Below, in pieces: positions 45,431 through 56,018 of a stretch of 58,029 bases of DNA. A program made the translations under genes and the position numbers. The DNA lies in the sequence record SRR22947725_3534, one strand, 5' to 3'. The notes under the pieces were generated by a model. The model was not told where the DNA came from, searched no databases, and was given only the letters and a program-made list of their open reading frames with translations. Within the stretch, counting starts at the first letter, position 1, and every line of letters begins with the position of its first letter.

Positions 45431-47226
45431 TGAAGAGCGTTTTTATTTCTCCTTTTCGTTTTTACCTCGTTTTCTTTGCTGTCTCTATAACTTTTTGCTC
45501 GTTGGGGGGCAGACTTGTTTACCTTCAAGTATTCAAAGCAAATGAATTTGTCGGTTTTGCACAGGGTGCCCGTAAGAATTTTGTTACCTTAAAGGCAAGG
45601 CGAGGAGATATTGTAGATCGAAAGGGGAATCTTTTAGCGACTACCCGTTCGGTAGTAAATGTAGGAATGGATCCGTATTCAATTAAAGAGGAAGATTATG
45701 GGAAATTTGAAGAGCTTTCAAAATTACTCGAAATCCCGCTCGATAAAATTGAAGACGCGGTCGCAAAAAAGATAACCAAAGGAACTCAATTTAAGGGAGA
45801 GATTAAGAAAGTGCGTTGGGTTAAATTAAAGGAAGAGGTGGATGAAGAAACCTACCGCAAAATAAAAACTTTAAAATTGGATGGCGTATATGGAAATTTT
45901 AAGCATTCCCGTCTGTATCCAGGTAACCGCCTAGGGAGTCATATATTAGGATATCTGAACAAAGAAGGACTGGCCACCATGGGAGTTGAGAGATTTGCAA
46001 ATTACTACTTAAAAGGGCAGGATGGGTGGAAGGAGAGCGAGAAAGACGGTAAAAGAAGGGAAATGCCTCAGCATCGAATTTTAGAAGTTTCCCCTACAAA
46101 TGGTCTGAATGTTGAATTGACAATTGATTGGATGATTCAAGATATGGTGGAAAAAGAATTAGCCAGGATCGTCGAGGATTATAATCCATTAAGTGCCAGT
46201 ATGATTGTGAGTGAACCTCGATCGGGGAATATACTTGCACTTGCAAATGTACCAGATTTTGATCCGAATTTTTATAATAAATCAGATTTAGCATTTCAAC
46301 GAAATCGAGCTTTATCAGATTTATATGAGCCTGGTTCGACTTTTAAGATCGTAGCAGTGAGTGGTTGTATGAATGACGGATTAGTAGATGCTGATGATAT
46401 AATTGATTGTTCAGTTTCAACAGTTCAGAAGGGAGCAAAAAAATTAAGACTCCCTGGGGATCATCACCCACTGGGGAAAATTAGCGTGAAAAAAGTAGTG
46501 CAGAAATCAAGCAATAGGGGAGCTGCTCAATTAGGGATAAAATTAGGATCTCAGCGATTATACGAATATTGTCGAGCATTTGGCTTTGGTGAAAAAACAG
46601 GGTTTGGCATCGGAGGGGAAAGGAAGGGAATATTACATCATCCCAAAAATTGGGATGGGTTAACAATTACCCGACTACCCATGGGGCATGCTGTTAGTGC
46701 GACCGCAATGCAGGTACATTCTTCAATGTCAACAATTGCAAATGGCGGAGTTTTAATGAAGCCGAAATTTATTTCTCGAGTATTTGATGAACAAGGAAAA
46801 ACGGTGACTCCATTTAATTCAAAACCAGTACGAAGGGTGATTCAACCAAGTGTGGCAAAATCATTAACAGAAATGTTAGTGAGCGTTGTTTCGAATGAGG
46901 GAACGGCACGGAAGGCACGAGTGGATGGTTTTGATGTGGCCGGGAAAACAGGTACAACTCAAAAGATAATTAATGGAAAATATTCGAGAAGTCACCATGT
47001 GGGTTCATTTGTAGGATTTTTTCCAGCAGAAAAGCCAAGAATTGTAATTACCGTGGTGGTGGATGAGGCAAAGATGAAAAGAGGTATGTTGGGGTATGGT
47101 GGAACGGTTGCCGCACCCGCATTTCAAAATGTTGCCAGAAAAATAATTAGCTATCTTGGCATAGAACCAAAGAAAAAAGATATCAAAGTAGCAGTAAACA
47201 ATAGAAATGTTCGACAGGCATATTAG
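45430..47226 (+). CDS. ftsI: Class B penicillin-binding protein (PBP3)
   Basis: RRGDIVDR, YEPGSTFK (SxxK), SSN, KTGT; position in the dcw cluster. Confidence 0.93.
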   Translation: MKSVFISPFRFYLVFFAVSITFCSLGGRLVYLQVFKANEFVGFAQGARKNFVTLKARRGDIVDRKGNLLATTRSVVNVGMDPYSIKEEDYGKFEELSKLLEIPLDKIEDAVAKKITKGTQFKGEIKKVRWVKLKEEVDEETYRKIKTLKLDGVYGNFKHSRLYPGNRLGSHILGYLNKEGLATMGVERFANYYLKGQDGWKESEKDGKRREMPQHRILEVSPTNGLNVELTIDWMIQDMVEKELARIVEDYNPLSASMIVSEPRSGNILALANVPDFDPNFYNKSDLAFQRNRALSDLYEPGSTFKIVAVSGCMNDGLVDADDIIDCSVSTVQKGAKKLRLPGDHHPLGKISVKKVVQKSSNRGAAQLGIKLGSQRLYEYCRAFGFGEKTGFGIGGERKGILHHPKNWDGLTITRLPMGHAVSATAMQVHSSMSTIANGGVLMKPKFISRVFDEQGKTVTPFNSKPVRRVIQPSVAKSLTEMLVSVVSNEGTARKARVDGFDVAGKTGTTQKIINGKYSRSHHVGSFVGFFPAEKPRIVITVVVDEAKMKRGMLGYGGTVAAPAFQNVARKIISYLGIEPKKKDIKVAVNNRNVRQAY

Positions 47227-47243
47227 GAAATAATTTTTTTATC

Positions 47244-48782
47244 ATGAAAAGCAAAAAACAAAATAGTGAATCATTGGTTGATGTTCGTAACAGACTCGCA
47301 AAGCCAAGCATGCTGAAGGATTTATCAGACAGTGATATGGTGGTGTCTAATGGACCGTTAAACACTGTGGTAACAGATTTAATTACGGATAGTCGACGAG
47401 TAACCCCGGGATCTGCTTTTTTTGCGATACCAGGTCAAAGGACTGACGGTAATAATTATTTAGAGGAAGCCATCAGTCGAGGTGCAAAGACAATAATTTC
47501 AAATCAAAAAAATGAAGATTTGCCCTTGGACGTAACTGCAATTCACACCAAAGACCCTCGACTTGCCTTAGCAAAATTTGCAAAAAAACATAATGGATCC
47601 CCCGATAAGTCTTTAAATATTATCGGGGTAACTGGAACCAATGGCAAAACAACGGTTACTGCATTAGCTCGACATTTTTTAGAACGACCAGGCCGACCAG
47701 TCGGTTTAATTGGTACGGTAAAATACCATCTTGGCGACCGTGATGTTCCTTCTTTTAAAACCACGCCCGAAGCGTCTGATATCTATCCATTATTAAAAAG
47801 TATGCTTGCAGCTGGTTGTTCAGAAGCAGTAATGGAGGTAAGTTCCCATGGTATTCACCAAAATCGAGTGGCGGGACTTGATATGGAGGTCGCAGTCTTT
47901 TTGAACCTGACAAGAGATCATCTTGATTATCATGGAAATATGGAAAATTATTTCCGGGAAAAAAGAAAAATTTTTAATGGGGAAAATGGACGATTGCCCA
48001 AAGTTGCGGTAATTAATGCAGATTGTCCATATGGAAGACGATTGATGGATGAACTTCCTCCTTATGTGCATATTTTATCATTTGGAGAACATGAGAGAAG
48101 TACATTTCGTGCAAGAAATATATCCTTATCTTCAGTAGGTTCAGAATTTATTTTGGATGGGCCATTTGGATCAACTGTAGTTTCAAGTCCATTATTGGGA
48201 AGGTATAATGTAATGAATATTCTAGCCGCATTTTCTATCGTCCATGCTTTAGGAATGCCAGTTTCGAACGCAATTCATAAGATAAGTAGTTTTTCTGGAG
48301 TGGATGGCCGAATGGAAATGGTGGATCGTGGGCAGGGATATAAAGTAGTGGTTGATTATGCCCATACACCAGACGCATTACGAAACGCACTGAGTATGCT
48401 CAGGGAGTGTACAAATGGAAAATTGCACCTGGTCTTTGGATGTGGGGGAGACCGTGATAAAGGAAAACGATTAGAAATGACAAAGGTTGCATGTGCTGGT
48501 GCTGATCGGGTATGGGCAACTTCTGATAATCCGAGGACCGAATCTCAGGGAAATATTTTTAATGACATGAGGAAGGGTATTTCGAAAAGTTCGAAAGTAT
48601 ATTTTGTGGATGACCGAAGAAGAGCAATCAGTATGGCACTTGATTCGGCAGGAAATGAGGATTGCGTTTTAATAGCCGGAAAAGGACATGAAACTTTTCA
48701 GGAAGTACAATATACTGCGATTCCTTTTGATGACAGGACTGTCGCGGGAGAATTATTAAGTGCAAAGCAATTAACTGACTAA
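47244..48782 (+). CDS. murE: UDP-MurNAc-tripeptide synthetase (meso-DAP type)
   Basis: GVTGTNGKTT, MEVSSH, DYAHTPD, FGCGGDRD, DNPR. Confidence 0.97.
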   Translation: MKSKKQNSESLVDVRNRLAKPSMLKDLSDSDMVVSNGPLNTVVTDLITDSRRVTPGSAFFAIPGQRTDGNNYLEEAISRGAKTIISNQKNEDLPLDVTAIHTKDPRLALAKFAKKHNGSPDKSLNIIGVTGTNGKTTVTALARHFLERPGRPVGLIGTVKYHLGDRDVPSFKTTPEASDIYPLLKSMLAAGCSEAVMEVSSHGIHQNRVAGLDMEVAVFLNLTRDHLDYHGNMENYFREKRKIFNGENGRLPKVAVINADCPYGRRLMDELPPYVHILSFGEHERSTFRARNISLSSVGSEFILDGPFGSTVVSSPLLGRYNVMNILAAFSIVHALGMPVSNAIHKISSFSGVDGRMEMVDRGQGYKVVVDYAHTPDALRNALSMLRECTNGKLHLVFGCGGDRDKGKRLEMTKVACAGADRVWATSDNPRTESQGNIFNDMRKGISKSSKVYFVDDRRRAISMALDSAGNEDCVLIAGKGHETFQEVQYTAIPFDDRTVAGELLSAKQLTD

Positions 48783-50203
48783 TGCCGATCTTCGATCCAG
48801 ATAAGTTAGAGAAATGGTCCTGCGGGACATGGAAGGATACTCCGAAGGGGAATATCTCTGGATTTTCAATTGATAGCCGGAATTTACATTCTGGAGATCT
48901 CTTTGTCGCAATAAAAGCAGATCGTAACGGGCATGATTTTTTAAGATCTGCAGCCGAGAATGGTGCCTGTGCTGGCATTGTAGAAAATGTAAAACTGGAT
49001 ATTCCATTACCCCAACTATTGGTCAAAGACTCACTACGTGCATTTCATCAGATTGCCCACCAGCACCGCTTGGAATTTGAAGGTGAAGTGGTCGGAATCA
49101 CTGGGAGTTGTGGAAAAACATCGACCAAGGACATATTGGGTTTGTTGCTCGGAGAAGGGAATGCATTGTGTACGGAAGGTAATTTAAACAATCACTTAGG
49201 CGTTCCATTAACTCTTTTGCGTTGCGATAATAAAAAACACAAATTTGCTGTGGTGGAGGCTGGAATTAATCAACCGGGCGAGATGTCAATGCTCGCAGAA
49301 ACAATTTCGCCGAATATTGTACTAGTTACAATTGTTGCACCTTCTCATCTAGAGGGTTTGGGATCGGTTGAGAATATCGCATCCGAGAAAGCAGAATTAT
49401 TTTCCCGACCCGATAACGTGCGAAAAGTGATATTTCCACAAGAATGTCTGGAATACGAAAAGTTTTCTACACTTTACAATACTGGTGAAGGGGTAGTGGT
49501 CCTCCGCGAGGGAGAACCAACCTCTGAACCCAGTCCGATTGAAGCATTTTACTCCATTTGGACTGAAACAAACAAGAACGGGGACTCGTCGTTGCTAAGG
49601 CTTTGGCGACACGGGTCCCCCTCTTTTTCTTTATCATTACCTTATTTATCTAAGGGAATGGGGAAGAATGCTGCACTTGCAGTACTAGCTGCACTTGAGC
49701 TGGGTGTTTCAGTCCAAGAAATTTCTGAACGCCTACCCCGCTTTCGTCCTTCGACCTTGAGAGGAAGATGCTTTCAAGGTCGAGGGCGATCCTATCTAGT
49801 GGATTGTTACAATGCAAATCCGGCATCGATGATGGATTCGATTGAGTTTTTCAAAAATCAATTTTCGGATTCACCCAAATTATATGTTTTGGCTGGAATG
49901 GAGGAGTTAGGTAAAGAGGGAAAGAATTTACATCATTCCGTTGGGCAGTGTATTGAACTTGATCCATCCGATCTCGTAATCTTGATCGGAGAGAAAGCAA
50001 CTTGGATGGCTCCCGCTTTACTGGAAAATGGGTACAGTGAAAGTCAAATTATTGTCCTTCCAGAAATAAATGATGCGATTTCATTAGTGGAGGATTTCGA
50101 CGGAGCGATTCTATTTAAGGGCAGTCGTTCTTATCAGTTAGAAAAACTTCTTCCTGCCTGGGCAGTGGAAGAAAATGAGAATGGAACAGATGAGCAATGC
50201 TGA
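48782..50203 (+). CDS. murF: UDP-MurNAc-tripeptide--D-Ala-D-Ala ligase
   Basis: GITGSCGKTSTKD, NLNNHLGVPLT, DCYNANP, KGSR. Confidence 0.97.
   Translation: MPIFDPDKLEKWSCGTWKDTPKGNISGFSIDSRNLHSGDLFVAIKADRNGHDFLRSAAENGACAGIVENVKLDIPLPQLLVKDSLRAFHQIAHQHRLEFEGEVVGITGSCGKTSTKDILGLLLGEGNALCTEGNLNNHLGVPLTLLRCDNKKHKFAVVEAGINQPGEMSMLAETISPNIVLVTIVAPSHLEGLGSVENIASEKAELFSRPDNVRKVIFPQECLEYEKFSTLYNTGEGVVVLREGEPTSEPSPIEAFYSIWTETNKNGDSSLLRLWRHGSPSFSLSLPYLSKGMGKNAALAVLAALELGVSVQEISERLPRFRPSTLRGRCFQGRGRSYLVDCYNANPASMMDSIEFFKNQFSDSPKLYVLAGMEELGKEGKNLHHSVGQCIELDPSDLVILIGEKATWMAPALLENGYSESQIIVLPEINDAISLVEDFDGAILFKGSRSYQLEKLLPAWAVEENENGTDEQC
49580..49632 (+). terminator. Intragenic terminator-like hairpin inside murF
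   Basis: GGGGACTCGT-(C)-GTTGCTAA/loop GGCT/TTGGCGAC-ACGGGTCCCC, 18 bp including GU pairs, followed by CTCTTTTTCTTT. Confidence 0.35.
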
Positions 50204-51333
50204 GTTACTTGCAATTCGGCGAGGATTGGTTTGGCCCCCTTCGATTATTCCAATTTATTTCAATCCGTGCAATTCTAGCGGGAATAACTGCTTTGCTATT
50301 TGGATTCGTTTTGGGGCCAAAGTTGATAAAAACATTAAGGAGTTTTGGGGCAAGACAGGCATTCAGGGGAAAGGACGAGGTGGGAAAGTTAGCAGCACTC
50401 CACGAGGCGAAAGCAAAAACACCAACAATGGGTGGACTCTTAATTTTTGGATCCGTACTCTTCTCAACACTCTTGTGGGCAGAACCCAATATTTATGTGG
50501 TCACTGCAATGGTGATTTACATTATACTAACGGGAGTAGGTTTTGCAGACGATTACCTCAAGATTTCAAAAAAGAACAGCAAGGGTTTACCCGGAAGGTA
50601 CAAACTGCTTGGACAACTCTTCGCCACTACCGTGGCACTTATCTTATTACTCGGCCCACTGGGAGATATTCTGAGCGGTGTGCAGGGGAAAGCAATGGGG
50701 AGTTCGGCAAAAATGTTGGAACTGTGGCTGCCATTTTACAAAGATATTGTAATTACAAGCATGCCAATTGTCTTAGTATTTACACTTTTTTTATTTACCT
50801 TAACCGGATCAAGCAATGCAATCAACTTAACAGATGGCTTGGACGGGTTGGCAATAGGATGTACTGTGACAGTGGCACTCACTTATGGCATTATGTCCTA
50901 TGCATCTGGAAATTTTGTAATTTCAGAGTACCTTCGTATCAGTTGGGTTCCGGGTACAGGAGAGTTAACCGTGGTATGTGCTTCTCTACTGGGGGGAAGT
51001 CTTGCCTTTTTATGGTACAATGCACACCCGGCAGAGATCTTTATGGGAGACACCGGTTCATTGGCAATCGGTGGATTAGTCGGAATAATCGCGTTAATGA
51101 TACACCAGCCATTTACTCTAATCATTGTGGGCGGTATTTTCGTAATGGAAGCAGGTTCAGTAATCTTGCAGGTAGCATCTTTCAAAAGTCGGGGGAAAAG
51201 AATTTTTCTAATGTCTCCCATTCATCATCATTTCGAATTAAAAGGATGGAAGGAAACCAAGGTTGTTATTCGATTTTGGATTCTATCTTTACTTTTTGCA
51301 CTAATCGGTTTGGCAACCCTGAAATTGCGATAA
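50197..51333 (+). CDS. mraY: Phospho-N-acetylmuramoyl-pentapeptide transferase
   Basis: TPTMGG, GFADDY, NAINLTDGLDGL, FMGDTGS, PIHHHFE. Confidence 0.98.
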   Translation: MLSYLQFGEDWFGPLRLFQFISIRAILAGITALLFGFVLGPKLIKTLRSFGARQAFRGKDEVGKLAALHEAKAKTPTMGGLLIFGSVLFSTLLWAEPNIYVVTAMVIYIILTGVGFADDYLKISKKNSKGLPGRYKLLGQLFATTVALILLLGPLGDILSGVQGKAMGSSAKMLELWLPFYKDIVITSMPIVLVFTLFLFTLTGSSNAINLTDGLDGLAIGCTVTVALTYGIMSYASGNFVISEYLRISWVPGTGELTVVCASLLGGSLAFLWYNAHPAEIFMGDTGSLAIGGLVGIIALMIHQPFTLIIVGGIFVMEAGSVILQVASFKSRGKRIFLMSPIHHHFELKGWKETKVVIRFWILSLLFALIGLATLKLR

Positions 51334-51334
51334 G

Positions 51335-52630
51335 ATGAATGATATTTTGGAAAATGGGGAGGAACTGCGACAAAACTATGTCGCAATTCTTGGCGCGGGT
51401 ATCAGCGGAAATGGGGCATCTGCCTTATTGAAGCAATTGGGATGGGATCACAGGATATACGATGAGCAAGGGCGTGCCTTCACTGATGAGGAGGCGCGTA
51501 AATGCTCAATCGTGATCTGCAGTCCAGGGTTTAAGAAAGATCACAAATGGAGAAAAATTGCTCAGGATTGTAATAAAAAAGTAATTACTGAAACTGATTT
51601 CGCTTCTCGTTATACAAAAGCAAAAATAATCGCGATTACGGGCACTAATGGAAAGACAACATTAGCAACATTTCTTACTCATTTGTGGAATGCAGTTGGA
51701 AGAACTGCAGTATGTGCGGGTAATGTAGGGGTACCCTTAAGTCAGTTAGTTGCGGATGGCATAGAGGAGGGGACCACGGTGTTCTTGGAAGCAAGTTCGT
51801 TTCAGTCTGCGGATTTCGAGTTTACAAAGCCTGAGGCAACTTTATGGACTAATTTTGATGAGGATCACATCGATTATCATAAAACGAGGGAGAACTACTT
51901 TTACGCAAAAGCAAAATTGCTCGAATTAACAGCGAATGGATTGGTAATGGTGGGCCGAACAGTAAATGATTTTGCAAAAAAGATTCACTATAAACTACCG
52001 GTGCAATGCGAGGTGGTGGATCGTTCAGAGGTAGATAACGTTAATTTTGATTCTGAACACTTCCTCTCTACCTATCCGCAACGGGAAAATATGGCATTGG
52101 CCTATTCCTTTGCGAGGAAACAAGGAATTGATGACCTATTGTTTCGTAACGCGATAGAAACTTACACCCCAGAACCGCATCGCTTACAAAAAATTGGAAG
52201 TGTGGGAAAAGCAACTTTTTGGAATGATTCAAAAGCGACCAACTTTTCTTCGGCATTAGCTGCATGTAAAAATTTCAAAGGGAATTTATTTTGGATTGGG
52301 GGAGGACGAAGCAAGGGTGGTATTCTCCATGAGTTTGCCAGTAAAATTAGGCCACTCGTCCAACATGCCTTCCTAATCGGAGAAAGTAGACAAGCCCTTG
52401 CCCAACTTTTTTCAGAAGCAGGATTTTCAAGTGTGTTATGCAACTCTCTTGAAGAGGCGGTAAGAAAAGCATTTTTTACCGTAACCGAAAAAACAAATAT
52501 TTTATTGAGTCCCGGATTCGCAAGTTTTGATGATTTTAAAAACTACGAGCATCGAGGAAATTCTTTCAAAAAGTTTGTTTTGGATTTGAAGAATATATCA
52601 TCTATGACTACCCCTGAAAGACTCGCTTAA
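51335..52630 (+). CDS. murD: UDP-MurNAc-L-Ala--D-Glu ligase
   Basis: ITGTNGKTT, EASSFQ, HRL, NDSKATN, LSPGFASFD. Confidence 0.97.
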   Translation: MNDILENGEELRQNYVAILGAGISGNGASALLKQLGWDHRIYDEQGRAFTDEEARKCSIVICSPGFKKDHKWRKIAQDCNKKVITETDFASRYTKAKIIAITGTNGKTTLATFLTHLWNAVGRTAVCAGNVGVPLSQLVADGIEEGTTVFLEASSFQSADFEFTKPEATLWTNFDEDHIDYHKTRENYFYAKAKLLELTANGLVMVGRTVNDFAKKIHYKLPVQCEVVDRSEVDNVNFDSEHFLSTYPQRENMALAYSFARKQGIDDLLFRNAIETYTPEPHRLQKIGSVGKATFWNDSKATNFSSALAACKNFKGNLFWIGGGRSKGGILHEFASKIRPLVQHAFLIGESRQALAQLFSEAGFSSVLCNSLEEAVRKAFFTVTEKTNILLSPGFASFDDFKNYEHRGNSFKKFVLDLKNISSMTTPERLA

Positions 52631-52658
52631 TTTCGTATACCAGTAAGAAATAAATACT

Positions 52659-53696
52659 ATGAAACTCACAAAAATATTTGGAATTGTTTTATCACTACAT
52701 GTGGGGGTTATCCTGCTTGTTATGTTTCAACCAGGTTGCCAAACGGGCAGCCAAAAAGATCCGGCCAGTACCACTGAAAAGAAGGTCGATCCAAAAGAAG
52801 AGATTGGTTCTTTTAATCAAGGGTTGTCGAAGCCATCCGTTCCGGCAGAGGTTCTAAAACCACCCTCTGGATTGAGTGAACCAACAAGACCGGTTGCAGG
52901 CGAATTATTTGTCCCCGGCGAAAACCTGGGCATTGATCCGGCACCCTTACCATCGATCATAGGAGAAGGTAGCGGAACCTCTGATTCTTTTGATCTCAGA
53001 CCCACTGGTCTCACTGTTTATAAAATTGTCAAAGGAGATACCTTGTGGGGCATCGCACGAAAAAATAATGTTACCTTACAAAGTATACTAAGTTCCAATC
53101 CGAGTTTGTCGAAAAATTCAAGGTTGAAAATTGGTCAGGAAATTATGATATCAGAGGGCTCTGGTGTATCGGTTCCGTCAGTAATTTCTGCACCCGTGCA
53201 AACGCCTGCAGGAAGTTCAACTTATACGGTAAGGGGAGGTGACAGTCTCTCCCGGATTGCCAAAAACAATTCGGTTTCTCTAAGCGACTTAATGAACGCG
53301 AATGGTATGAATCAAAATTCGATAATACGACCCGGTCAGGTCTTGGTATTACCGGGTGGGGCTGTGGTTTCACAATCTGCCCCCATTGCTCCGAGTATTG
53401 TCCCCCCAGGTTCCAGTATACACAAGGTCCAAAAAGGAGAAAACCTTACTCGAATCGCTTCAATTTACGGAACAACAGTGAAGCAAATCATGGAATGGAA
53501 TAACTTAATTGATGCCGGTAAAATAAAGGTGGGCCAAGCTTTGGTAGTATCGGGAACGGGAGTTTCTGATAGTAGTCTATCGCCACAAGCGGATGCATTG
53601 GTAATTCCGGTAGTAGAGGAAGAATCCAGAGTGGAAGACTTTTTTAAGGGCGTAGTGGAAGAAAAGCCTATTATTGATGTGCCTGAACAACCGTAG
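52659..53696 (+). CDS. LysM peptidoglycan-binding protein (3 LysM domains)
   Basis: YKIVKGDTLWGIA, YTVRGGDSLSRIA, HKVQKGENLTRIA; N-terminal anchor ending QPGC. Confidence 0.92.
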   Translation: MKLTKIFGIVLSLHVGVILLVMFQPGCQTGSQKDPASTTEKKVDPKEEIGSFNQGLSKPSVPAEVLKPPSGLSEPTRPVAGELFVPGENLGIDPAPLPSIIGEGSGTSDSFDLRPTGLTVYKIVKGDTLWGIARKNNVTLQSILSSNPSLSKNSRLKIGQEIMISEGSGVSVPSVISAPVQTPAGSSTYTVRGGDSLSRIAKNNSVSLSDLMNANGMNQNSIIRPGQVLVLPGGAVVSQSAPIAPSIVPPGSSIHKVQKGENLTRIASIYGTTVKQIMEWNNLIDAGKIKVGQALVVSGTGVSDSSLSPQADALVIPVVEEESRVEDFFKGVVEEKPIIDVPEQP

Positions 53697-53736
53697 TCGT
53701 TAGAGTTATCAATTTGGTGAATGTGGAAAGAAAAGA

Positions 53737-54882
53737 GTGGCGGAGACAATTCTAAGTAGAGGCGTAGTAAAACCCACTAATTGGATCACGGTCTACCTCA
53801 TCGCAATTGCGCTGGGATTGACCACCCTTGGTCTGGTTATGCTATTTAGTGCCGGTGTTGTGCGCGATGCCCACTCTCTTTTAACCAAGCAGATTGTATG
53901 GGTGGGATTATCCGTTTTGATTGGTCTCTATGTTTCATTCATGAACTTAGAGTGGTTAAAAAAGAGGTCGTGGTGGATTTTTGGCTTTTGTGTGCTGGGA
54001 CTCATTTTGACCTTGGTCCCCGGCATCGGAATTAAAGTAAATGGTGCCCAGCGTTGGATTGGTTTAGGGCCTTTACGAATACAGCCATCTGAATTCGCGA
54101 AAATTGGCTTGGTTCTTGGCTTAGCTGCTTATTTTTCTTCCCGACAGCGAGAAATTAAAACATTTGTTTCTGGCTTTTTAATTCCTTCACTTCTGATCGG
54201 GGTAATTTGTGGATTAATACTCAAGCAACCTGATTTTGGAACCTGCTTTTTATGTGGTGCAGTTGCCGCCACCATGATGTTTCAATCCGGAACAAGTTTG
54301 AGGTGGCTATTACCAATTGCATTTCTTGCCATTGCCGCTTTTAGCGTGCTTGTATATTTTGACCCCGTCCGTATCAGGCGGGTAACTTCTTTCTTGGATG
54401 TGGAGGCAAATGCAAATGATAGTGCCTACCAACTTTGGCAAGGTATGCTGGCCTTTGGAGTGGGAGGATTAGATGGGGTAGGCTTAGGAATGGGGCGCCA
54501 ACAAATGCATTTTCTACCGGAAGCACATACCGATTTTATTTTTCCAGTTATCGGCGAAGAACTTGGCTTAATTTGTACATTGGGAATCGTGGCATGTTTC
54601 CTTTTCCTTTTTGTTTTAGTTGCATGGCGACTCAGGCAGGCACCCAAATTATACGATTACTTACTCGCCATGGGTTCCCTTCTTTTTATCTGCTTGCAAG
54701 CGATTATAAACATGGGAGTGGTGACAGGTTCGATGCCAACCAAGGGGATGTCGTTACCTTTTATCAGTTATGGCGGGTCGAACTTAATGGTTACTTTTGT
54801 TTTCTTAGGCATTATTATCAATGTCTTTCGCAATTGGGATAATCCAAAACTTCACCAACCAAGAGAAATAAGAGAGATATGA
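53737..54882 (+). CDS. ftsW: SEDS peptidoglycan polymerase FtsW
   Basis: NGAQRWI, QPSEFAK, QPDFG, LPEAHTDFIF, LPFISYGGS. Confidence 0.96.
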   Translation: MAETILSRGVVKPTNWITVYLIAIALGLTTLGLVMLFSAGVVRDAHSLLTKQIVWVGLSVLIGLYVSFMNLEWLKKRSWWIFGFCVLGLILTLVPGIGIKVNGAQRWIGLGPLRIQPSEFAKIGLVLGLAAYFSSRQREIKTFVSGFLIPSLLIGVICGLILKQPDFGTCFLCGAVAATMMFQSGTSLRWLLPIAFLAIAAFSVLVYFDPVRIRRVTSFLDVEANANDSAYQLWQGMLAFGVGGLDGVGLGMGRQQMHFLPEAHTDFIFPVIGEELGLICTLGIVACFLFLFVLVAWRLRQAPKLYDYLLAMGSLLFICLQAIINMGVVTGSMPTKGMSLPFISYGGSNLMVTFVFLGIIINVFRNWDNPKLHQPREIREI

Positions 54883-56018
54883 GGAATATTGTCATTGCAT
54901 GTGGTGGAACCGGTGGCCATTTAACACCCGGGATCGCACTTGCTCAAAACTTGGAGGAGCGCGGTTATCCGTCCTGGCTTTTTATTAGCCAAAAGGCAGT
55001 GGATACCCGCTTGTCACGAAAGTACCCAAAACTAAGTTTTGAGGCAATGCCTGGGGCACCTCTAATTAAATCTCCTTTGGGAATGGCCCGATTTGGTCAC
55101 GGTTTTCTCTTCTCTTTTCTTCGATCCTATCGTTTTTATGGTAAAATAGGGGCCGATGCGATGGTTGGGTTTGGAGGATTTTCTTCTTTTGGTCCGGCCA
55201 TGGCTGCACGGGCAAGAGGAATTCCAGTTTTTATCCATGAGGCGAACCGGGCAGTTGGAAAAGCGGTCCGATTTTTGGCAAAACGTTCTACTCGCCTGTA
55301 TCTACCTGAAGGGATGCATTTGGAAGGAATATCTCCCGATGTAATTCGCAATGTGGGCTATCCTTTACGCAAGGAATTTCGTAGAATTCCAAAAGAACGG
55401 GCCAGAAAGCAACTCGGGATTTCGTTGAGCGACCGCTTATTGGTCGTCTTGGGGGGGAGCCAGGGTGCAGCATCATTAAATCGGTGGGTAAAGGATCAAT
55501 TAGAACCACTCGCTGCAGAAGGAATTTCGACTTATTGTTTGACTGGAATGAACAAAGAAAGTTCAGGAGTGGTACAATTAGAAGGCATGGGAGGCCAGAC
55601 AGTAACCAACCGGTTTGTTTCGTTTACCGATGAAATGAATGCCGTTCTTTCTGCCGCAGATTTGGTTATTTCTCGGGCAGGTGCCGGGGCAATTGCAGAG
55701 ATCATCCGTTGCCGAATTCCATCCATCTTAATACCGTATCCTTTTGCTGCCGATAATCACCAATTTTTAAACGCAGAATTTCTGGAAAGAAAAGGAGCCA
55801 CGATTGTCTGCCCAGAAGAAAATATGGCAGAAAATCTTTTGAATGAAGTCCGCGAAGTAATGTTCAATGAAGAATTTCGCACCACTATACGCCGAAATTT
55901 ATTCGCATTAGATAATGGTGATGTGGCCAACCGAATTTCAGACGATATTTCTCAGTGCTTAAAAAAACAGGCTCTCCACGATCCCGTTCAAGGTGGAATC
56001 CTTCGAATGATCGGATGA
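54879..56018 (+). CDS. murG: Lipid I N-acetylglucosaminyltransferase
   Basis: GGTGGH, HEAN, GGSQGA, SRAGA, HQFLNA. Confidence 0.97.
   Translation: MRNIVIACGGTGGHLTPGIALAQNLEERGYPSWLFISQKAVDTRLSRKYPKLSFEAMPGAPLIKSPLGMARFGHGFLFSFLRSYRFYGKIGADAMVGFGGFSSFGPAMAARARGIPVFIHEANRAVGKAVRFLAKRSTRLYLPEGMHLEGISPDVIRNVGYPLRKEFRRIPKERARKQLGISLSDRLLVVLGGSQGAASLNRWVKDQLEPLAAEGISTYCLTGMNKESSGVVQLEGMGGQTVTNRFVSFTDEMNAVLSAADLVISRAGAGAIAEIIRCRIPSILIPYPFAADNHQFLNAEFLERKGATIVCPEENMAENLLNEVREVMFNEEFRTTIRRNLFALDNGDVANRISDDISQCLKKQALHDPVQGGILRMIG

Noticed and set aside
50175-51338. 387-aa alternative-frame ORF spanning all of mraY
   Set aside because: It is the -1 frame of a very hydrophobic gene. Stops in that frame need codons starting AA/AG/GA, which are scarce in membrane proteins. 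The translation is C/R/N-rich with no motifs, and a similar shadow ORF occurs in ftsW (54435-54842).
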